From assembly GCF_009914755.1 (NCBI RefSeq), contig NC_060931.1: a stretch of 64,000 nt of DNA; one strand, written 5' to 3'. Numbering within the stretch: position 1 is the first letter of the stretch; each line of letters opens with the position of its first letter. Both the position numbers and the translations under genes were made by a program. This document shows, piece by piece, positions 40,970 to 64,000 of the stretch. Origin of the DNA: the human T2T-CHM13v2.0 reference genome, Homo sapiens. A model generated the notes under the pieces. It was not told the origin of the DNA, made no database searches, and saw only the letters and a list, made by a program, of their open reading frames with translations.

Positions 40970-42057
<1,088 letters not shown>

Positions 42058-42588
42058 TGATGAAACAATAACTGCTAAAAGGTATACAGCCATGTCTCCC
42101 TCTGCTGGCTGAGTGACATGTCATAAATGCAAACAGAAGATTTTTAATGTTTTCAGTGCAAGAGCTGTCATCTTTTAGGATTTATTGACCAACACAACAT
42201 GTTGCCAAGTGATAAATGTAGACAGCATTTGTTTCAAAGCTTGGATACCATCTTCATTTTCACAAATAGATATATATCTATCACAACAAAGTCTCTATAT
42301 TCAGGTACTCACTATCTAAATTAAATTTGGAAAAGCAGATCAGACTGCACATGAAACTGACATACTGTGTTGATCAAGGGCTTTTGGCTGGAATTATTTG
42401 GCTCATTCCCTCAGCCATCTCCAGGGGATAATTATCTCCAAAGAGGGAATTTCCTGTTGGAGTTAACAGACTTTCAAGAAGTATTCGGCAGATCATTAAT
42501 CTTTTAATGGCTAAACCGTGAAAAAAATTAGTTACATATTAAATAGTTTTAAAATACTGTTACCCCCAGCTTCAGACTTCCTACAGTG

Positions 42589-43286
<698 letters not shown>

Positions 43287-43384
43287 AATGAGTTTCCCTC
43301 TTTCCTGAATTAGTCTAATTATTACTACTATTATTATGGTTTGTATTTTTGTAGGGTACTTTAATTGTTTTGGGAAAAAAATAA

Positions 43385-44006
<622 letters not shown>

Positions 44007-44280
44007 AAGTTCTATATTATTTTAGAGCTATTTTTAAATTACAGTTATCCATGCAAGGTTAAGAAAAAAAGGGCGGGGGTAGAAAGAACTCAAGTCACAC
44101 TGAGGTGCAGAAATGAAAAATGAAAGTCTCTCCTCCCCCCACACATTACCAGTCCACATCCAGAATCAATCACCATTCATAGTTTCTGGTTTTAATTCAT
44201 AATCATCGTAATAGTAAATATTATCCTTTCTTGGCATTACTTTTGTATGCTAATTTATCAAGTTTGGGCACTGTATTTTT

Positions 44281-44619
44281 TACAAATTATTATTATTAAA
44301 GAATCCACTTGTATGACAGTGATGAAGCCCAGGCTGAGTTTGGGCATAAGTACATCCCACTCAGGATTTTATAGTTATAATCCCTGTCTTCTCTCTAGAC
44401 CTCAACTGAAAACCCAGACTCATGAGGCCTCAATCCCTGATGAGCCTAGGTTTTCAGTTGAGGCCGTCCTATACTTGGTACATGCCAAAGGCAACCATGC
44501 AGGAGGCTTTTTCAGAGAAAACAACTTTGTCTTCCCAAAAGACAAATGCTCCCCTTTGCTTTATGAGGCAGAGAGCAACCCCAAACCACGGACAGGTTGG
44601 GGCCTACACAGCCCTCAAT
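44281..44619 (-). mobile_element. Unclassified 339-bp hairpin-rich insertion with (TAA)n end and long TSD
   Basis: Direct repeats at 44251-44280 and 44620-44647; seven or more stem-loops inside. Strand inferred from the TAA tail and from G-U pairing in the longest stem. Confidence 0.7.
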
Positions 44620-44794
44620 TAATTTATCAACTTTGGACTGTATTTTTCACTCACTGCCATATAAGATAAACGATTTATTACACTTGTAATATATCCCCTT
44701 AATTCTTTCCATAGACCTCCCAGTGATTCTAGTTGGCTCCTATTTTACTTCTAATGGTTGTCTTTTTTTGCCTTTAAATATTATATGATATCAT

Positions 44795-47036
<2,242 letters not shown>

Positions 47037-47057
47037 CAATAATAATAATTTTTTTAA

Positions 47058-48460
<1,403 letters not shown>

Positions 48461-49199
48461 CATTTAGGGAAACAGTGTTTCCCCAGAATATTTAAATGTT
48501 ATCATAGTTTCCTCACTAGAAAGTAAGTCCATGAGGGAGGTTTTGCTGTGTTCATTGAGTATTCCCATTCCCAAGAACAGTTCCTAGCATGCAATAGGTG
48601 CTGAACAAACATTTGTTGAATGAATGAATAAATCCTAAAAGAGGAAAACCAAAGAAATATCATAAAAACTGTGAATATGCAAACATTATTATTATAGAAC
48701 TAGTGTACTGGAACCAATTAAAATATATATATATAACCCTAGTTTATATTTTTTTGACATCCTGATTCACAAAACCTTAGTTCATGAATAGTTGGCCAAT
48801 CAAAGGAGAACCTTCCTAATACCAATATCTAACATATTTTTTATTTCCATCATTAATCATATTTTACTGTACTTTAATTACTCTTTTCTTTTTTTTTTTG
48901 AGACAGAATTTCACTCTGTCACCCAGGCTGGAGCGCAGTGCGTGATCTCGGCCCACTGCAACCTCTGCCTCCTGGGTTGAAGTGATTCTCCTGCCTCATC
49001 CTCCCGAGTAGCTGGGATTACAGGTGCGTGCCACCACGCCTGGCTAATTTTTGTATTTTTAGTAGAGATGGCATTGGCCAGGCTGGTCTCAAACTCCTGA
49101 CCTCAGGTGATCTGCCCATCTCAGCCTCCCAAAGTGCTGGGATTACAGGTGTGAGTGACCGAACCCAGCCTTTTCTTTTTTTTTTCCCTGAGACAAGGT

Positions 49200-49884
<685 letters not shown>

Positions 49885-50129
49885 AGGGTCTGGCTCTGTT
49901 ACTCAGGCTGGAGGATTGCAGTGGCATGATCTCGGCCCACTGCAGCCTTGACCTCCTGGGCTCAAGGATCCTCCCACCTCAGCCTCCAAAGTAACTGGGA
50001 CTACAGACATGTGCCACTGTGCCTATGTTGTCCAGGTTGGTCTCAAACTCCTGGGCTCAAGCGATACTCCCGCCTCAGCCTCCCAAAATGTTGGGATTAC
50101 AGATGTGAACCACTGTGCCCGGCCCTATA

Positions 50130-50950
50130 CTTCAATTTCTAGTTGCTACTCCCATGTCATCTTCCTTTCTGGGATTTGTTTAGATTTTTTTTTTTTTTTT
50201 TCGGAAAATCCCCTCAAAAAATTTCTCATGAAGGATTAGGCTTTTTTGAATATCTTTATGTCTGAAAATATCTTTATTTTATCTTCACATTTGATGGATG
50301 CCTTAGTTAAGTATAGCATTTTAGGTCTAACGCTTTTCTCCTCCATCTTTGAAGATGTTTTTCCAATTCCTTCCAGCACTTGGTGATGAGAAATCTGAAA
50401 GCAGTCTGAATTTGGATACTTTGCAAGTGACATGGTTTTTCAACTCCCACTACTGAAGACTTTTGGATTTCTGAAATCTCACTAGAATATGTAGATGTTT
50501 TTAATTAGCCCTGTTTGATACTTGGTGGGTTATTTTTGCCTGAGTTAGGGGAAATTTTCTTTTTTTATTTATTTTCCCACTCTCTTGTCTCTGTTCTCTC
50601 CTTCTTTACCTTAAGATATCTTCCATCTGCTGTCTTTATGATTTATGTTCTGAGAGACTTCCTCTACTGTGTCCTCCCAATTACTTGGTTCACAGCTAAT
50701 CCCCTTGATCATTTTCCCAATCCTTTACAGTATTTTGGCAATCACTCATTCAGTTATCTGATTAATGTCCTTTCACTGAAGACTTTTTGCACTATGCCAT
50801 GTATCTTAACACTAATACATGGCATAGCGCATTTGCATTCTGCCATAGTATACCGTATACACTGATTAGGACAATTTGAAATTCTCTTGCTTTCAGAGGT
50901 ATTGCTATTTCTGATGGGGGTCTGTTATTCAGTTAGTTCATCTTGGTCCT
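50130..50950 (-). mobile_element. Ancient L1ME/HAL1 ORF1-like fragment
   Basis: Remnant RPKMLYLTKASIKCEDKIKIFSD (50433-50236) resembles the L1 ORF1p C-terminal domain. Confidence 0.6.
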
Positions 50951-50964
50951 TTATTATTGTTTTT

Positions 50965-54850
<3,886 letters not shown>

Positions 54851-55586
54851 AAATTTAGCTTTTAAAGGAAAAGACAGTATAGAGAATATTAAATGGAAAA
54901 AGAAGTTACAGCATAGCATTATACACACATCACACCCATGTAAAAAATGTATACGTGGATTTATACACACACACACATACAGATATGTATATATGTGCAC
55001 ACATAGCTCTATAGATATATATACACATATCTATATATGTGTATGTATATATATTAATATATATAGATACAGAAACACATAAACATAGAGAAAAAATTAG
55101 AAATCACATCAAACTCTTGACAAGGTATTTTAGGTTTAGGATTACTATAATGGTGACCGAAAAGCATAGCATTATGACATTTATTCCAATTAGAAGAGAC
55201 TAATTATATATAATTACATATATATTTGAAAAAAATACATTCCAGTTTCATTTCTGACATGCAAAGAGCTTAGAATTTGTCACTCACGTCCTTTCAGTAA
55301 GAAAGCTGAAAAACTGAAAATCAATGACTTTAATAATTTTTCTTGGACCCATGAGAGAGTTGAGGTTGCAGGGCAAAGCATCACCTCAAAATCCAGAGAG
55401 ACAGGAGAATAAGGAGAATCACAGATGAGGTCAGTTTACCTGGAGCAGTCATACACTGGCAGGAATACTTACATGGTAACTGATGAATGGCTAAAGGCTG
55501 GGTGTGGACCAGCGTAAGAGTGAGAAACTCCTGCGGTGGCTCACGCCTGTAATCCCAGCACTTTCGGAGGCTGAGGTGGCAGATCA

Positions 55587-55866
<280 letters not shown>

Positions 55867-56117
55867 TTACTTCTAGGAACCCAACCAGATTCTTACTATA
55901 AAGAATCAGGAAGGAACACTTGTTTCTGGTAGTGTAAGAGGAAAATTAACCATTCGAAAATATGTCACAGTATTCTCTATAACAAAGGCCTAGTCAGCAG
56001 GGCAAAAACGTTATCAGAGCCTTATCTGACCTGGGGAAGTTACCCAAATTCAGCCCCACTAGCCTTTCTGTCTCACCTAAGGATGAAAAAAGTCACAGTC
56101 CAGAGATACAAGCCTGA

Positions 56118-56428
<311 letters not shown>

Positions 56429-56691
56429 TGAGCCACCGCACCCGGCCATGCCTGAGCTTTCATAATAGAATTATAGAATGATTTGTATTTCCCTTGTGTA
56501 CCTTACCACCACATCAACATGGCTCCAGTATAATAACAATGAATGACAGCTGAAGGAGCTGTGATTGCCGTATAATAACAATGGATTACAGCTGAAGGAG
56601 TTGCAAGGTAACGATTCCATTTAAGGAGTTTTTAGAGAAACACAAAGACAACATGGGAGACAAAAACTGGGACACTAGAATAAATTAACAG

Positions 56692-56798
56692 CTATAGCAA
56701 CACCTATAGCAACACCTATAGCAACACCTATAGCAACACCTATAGCCTCCAACACCTATAGCCTCCAACACCTATAGCCTCCAACACCTATAGCAACA
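56692..56798. repeat. Compound minisatellite: 4x CTATAGCAACAC + 3x CTATAGCCTCCAACAC + partial unit
   Basis: Units counted directly; copies within each class are identical. Confidence 0.97.
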
Positions 56799-57399
56799 AA
56801 TTTAAACGCAGTCCAACTCCTAGCCAGATTAACACAAAACCTCTGCTTACTTATCTCAGTTCCTCTTACCTGATAAATAATGCACCTATTTCTACACAAA
56901 AATCACATGGCATACTATGTTTTAAGGCAAGAGAAAAAACAAAGCAAGCATCAGACCAGACTCAGCTAGGTGTCACAGATTTTGGAACTGAGAATAACTA
57001 TGATTAATATGTTAAGGGCTCTCATGGAAAAAGTAGATTACATGCAAGAACAGATGCATAATGTATGCAGAGAGATGGAAACTCTAAGAAGCAATAAAGG
57101 GAAGTGCTAGAAATTTAAAAAATAACACCGTAACAGAAATGAGGAATGTCAGTGGACTGGACAAAATCAGTGAGCCTGCAGATATGTTAACTGAAACTTC
57201 CACATTGAAATACAAAGAGAAAAAATAATGAAAAAATAAAACAAGAAAACCTGAATGGAATGTCCAAGAACTGTGGGACAATATGAAAAAGTATAACATA
57301 CATGTTTTGGAAAACCAGAAGAATAGAGAACAGAAGAAATATTTGAATAATGACTACAAATTTTCCCAAAATTAATGACAGACATCAAATCACATCCAG

Positions 57400-58111
<712 letters not shown>

Positions 58112-58724
58112 TGATCCGCCCGCCTCAGCCTCCCAAAGTGCTGGGATTACAGGCGTGAGCCACCGCGCCCGGCCCAAAGATAAAATCTTGAAAGAAGCCA
58201 GGAAAAAACACCTTACCCATAGAGCAACAAGCATAAGAATTACATTGGTCTTCTCATCAGAAACCATGAAAATATATAGAGAGTGGAATGAAATATTTAA
58301 AGTGTTGACAGAAAAAACCCACCAACTTAGAATTATCTACATCCAGTGAAATTATCTTGCAAAAGTGAAGGAGAAAGAGACTTTTTCAAAAAACAAAAAC
58401 TGAGGGAATTTATTGCCAGCAGACCTGCCTTGCAAAAACTGTTAAAAGAAGTTCCTCAGTGAAAAGGAAAATGATATAGGTCAGAAACTCTCATGCATAT
58501 CAAGAAAGGAAGAGAATCAGAGAAGGAATAAAAATAACCTTTTACTTTTCTTATTAACTGATCTAATATATGACCATTCAAAATAATAATAGCAAGAAGG
58601 AATTGCATGATTATAGCATGGAAATGTGAAATCAATGAAAGCCGTTTCTTTGCTTTAGAAAGCAGTAGAAAGGAGTTGCAAATACTGTTTTTTTGTTTGT
58701 TTGTTTTTGTTTTTTGTTTTTTAG

Positions 58725-58997
<273 letters not shown>

Positions 58998-59000
58998 TGA

Positions 59001-59678
<678 letters not shown>

Positions 59679-60653
59679 GCAATTTTTTAAAGTAGTGAAA
59701 AATTCACATGGTAAGAGAGGAGAGAAAATGAGTTATTGCTCCAAGCACAGATGACAACTCCTGGAAGACTGGGCCCAAGTTCTGGAGGGAAGATGATCCT
59801 ACTTGGCATCACTTCGTCTTCCTACCTCTGTGGACAGCCAATCCCACCCAGATGGGACTGTGTACAGGCTTCTTCCTTAGCCTGCAACAGTGGGAACTGA
59901 TGGTGCTGTGATGGGTCCACAAGGAGACATGTGCAATGGAGTTGATGACAATGTTGTTTAGGGTGATGAGGAGTTAGAGGCAAATCTGATGTCCATCCCT
60001 GGAGCTCCGTGTAGTCCACGTGTGATGGGTGCACTCCATGGAGTACTCTGCAACAGTTAGCATTGAGGGATTCTCTGGAGAAAGCTGAGGTCCGGAGGAG
60101 GGATGTGGATCTCTGAAGGTCTCTGAGCAACAGTCAGTGGCAGGGCCAGGACTTCAGCCTGTGCATTTTGACTCCTGGTTTGACGTCCTTTCCTCTTTAT
60201 CACAGCAGCCTCCAGTGCTTTATTTACTTTTGGATTTTCACTTTTTGGAGTTATCCACATCATGACTTCCTCCTAATTAATGTGCAGGGGTCCTAAGAAA
60301 CCAGGATGGCACAGGAAAGAAACAGACTTTAGCTCCACTTTATTAGACAGATATTATTATTAGAAAAAAGGATCAACTAAGACTCTATCATCTTTCCAGC
60401 TAATGGAAGGTGGCTAACTCGTTAAGTGGAATGACTCTGTGTCAGCTTGACGAGCAAGTTTTTTGGTAGTGAAACATTTGTCTAGGCCAAAACAGGTAGT
60501 AAGATCTTCTATGTTGAAAATTAATTTTGTAAACAGGAAGAGAGAAATGTAGAAAACAGGATGAATGTGGCTAGTAAAGAACAGACGTGGGTGCTGGGCT
60601 AAGGAGAGTTATGTTCCCCATTTGCAGCTCTCAGAGGGTGCAGGTGGAGTTGA

Positions 60654-63365
<2,712 letters not shown>

Positions 63366-63541
63366 ATTAATAAAAGCCAAAACAAAACCTCAGCCCTGCC
63401 TAATCACCTTGCCATCCTGTACAACCTGAGTTCTTAGCTTCATGTGCTGTTTTCACAAATTTTTTTTTACTTCTGACTCTATCCTTATTCTCATCTCCCA
63501 AACCTCAATTTATATTCCATGAACATGGAATTTAAAATCTA

Positions 63542-63757
<216 letters not shown>

Positions 63758-64000
63758 TCATTATTTATAGGTGAAAGAAAATTGTAGGGTGTTATCTGAA
63801 TTGCTTGGAAAATTTCAAACACTCTGATAATATTTTAGAACCTAATAACAACCATGTTTGTTATGTGCTCCCATAGCAAAAGTATTTACTCCCAATCAGT
63901 ATAAAACTTAACAATCCAGTAAACATTTCAAAATCATATTTAACTAGCTGTGCTTCCAACCTACATATTCCCAATTTAAAAAATCAAACCTTAATACTCA

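Noticed and set aside
44319-44440. GTGATGA...CTGA suggesting a C/D-box snoRNA
   Set aside because: No terminal stem closing boxes C and D, and no match to snoRNAs I recognise.
44437-44470. CTGATGA suggesting a hammerhead ribozyme core
   Set aside because: No GAAA follows the putative stem II (GCCT..AGGC is followed by CGTCC), and the motif overlaps the long hairpin; a decayed ribozyme cannot be shown from one copy.
44247-44669. 140-aa ORF spanning the unclassified insertion
   Set aside because: It starts and ends in host flank sequence and has no recognisable homology; treated as chance unless paralogues conserve the frame.
56692-56798. Short direct repeats resembling a CRISPR array
   Set aside because: No unique spacers; an ordinary tandem repeat in eukaryotic DNA.
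59822-60263. Minus-strand ORFs as a processed pseudogene
   Set aside because: No recognisable protein, poly(A) tail or TSD; part of it looks MIR-derived.

Overview
Primate genomic DNA, almost certainly human (it contains an AluYb8 and a full-length SVA). The first ~1.65 kb is a CpG island holding the 5' end of SRPK2 on the minus strand: coding exon 1 (990-975) and exon 2 (886-832) splice to [23 protein letters not shown](K). A second, in-frame alternative first coding exon is visible at 1278-1254. The remaining ~62 kb is the SRPK2 upstream intergenic region (from memory 7q22.3, toward PUS7; not verifiable here). It is extremely repeat-dense, with roughly 100 Alu copies or fragments by hand count, L1M/L2/MIR fossils, several MaLR/ERVL LTRs (MLT1, MST, THE1, MLT2), MER21, Tigger1, Charlie1, an SVA and a 7SL retrocopy. 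Almost all ORFs in the supplied track are Alu, SVA or GC-island artefacts. The most unusual object is a 339-bp insertion at 44281-44619 that I cannot assign to a family: back-to-back hairpins, a (TAA)n end and a 28-30 bp target-site duplication. Also notable are LTRs co-oriented with SRPK2 that retain splice donors, an AluYb8+AluYc1-like dimer inside one TSD pair, and an inverted Tigger1 terminus. Repeat subfamily calls come from recalled consensus sequences, and repeat boundaries are approximate unless TSDs are quoted.
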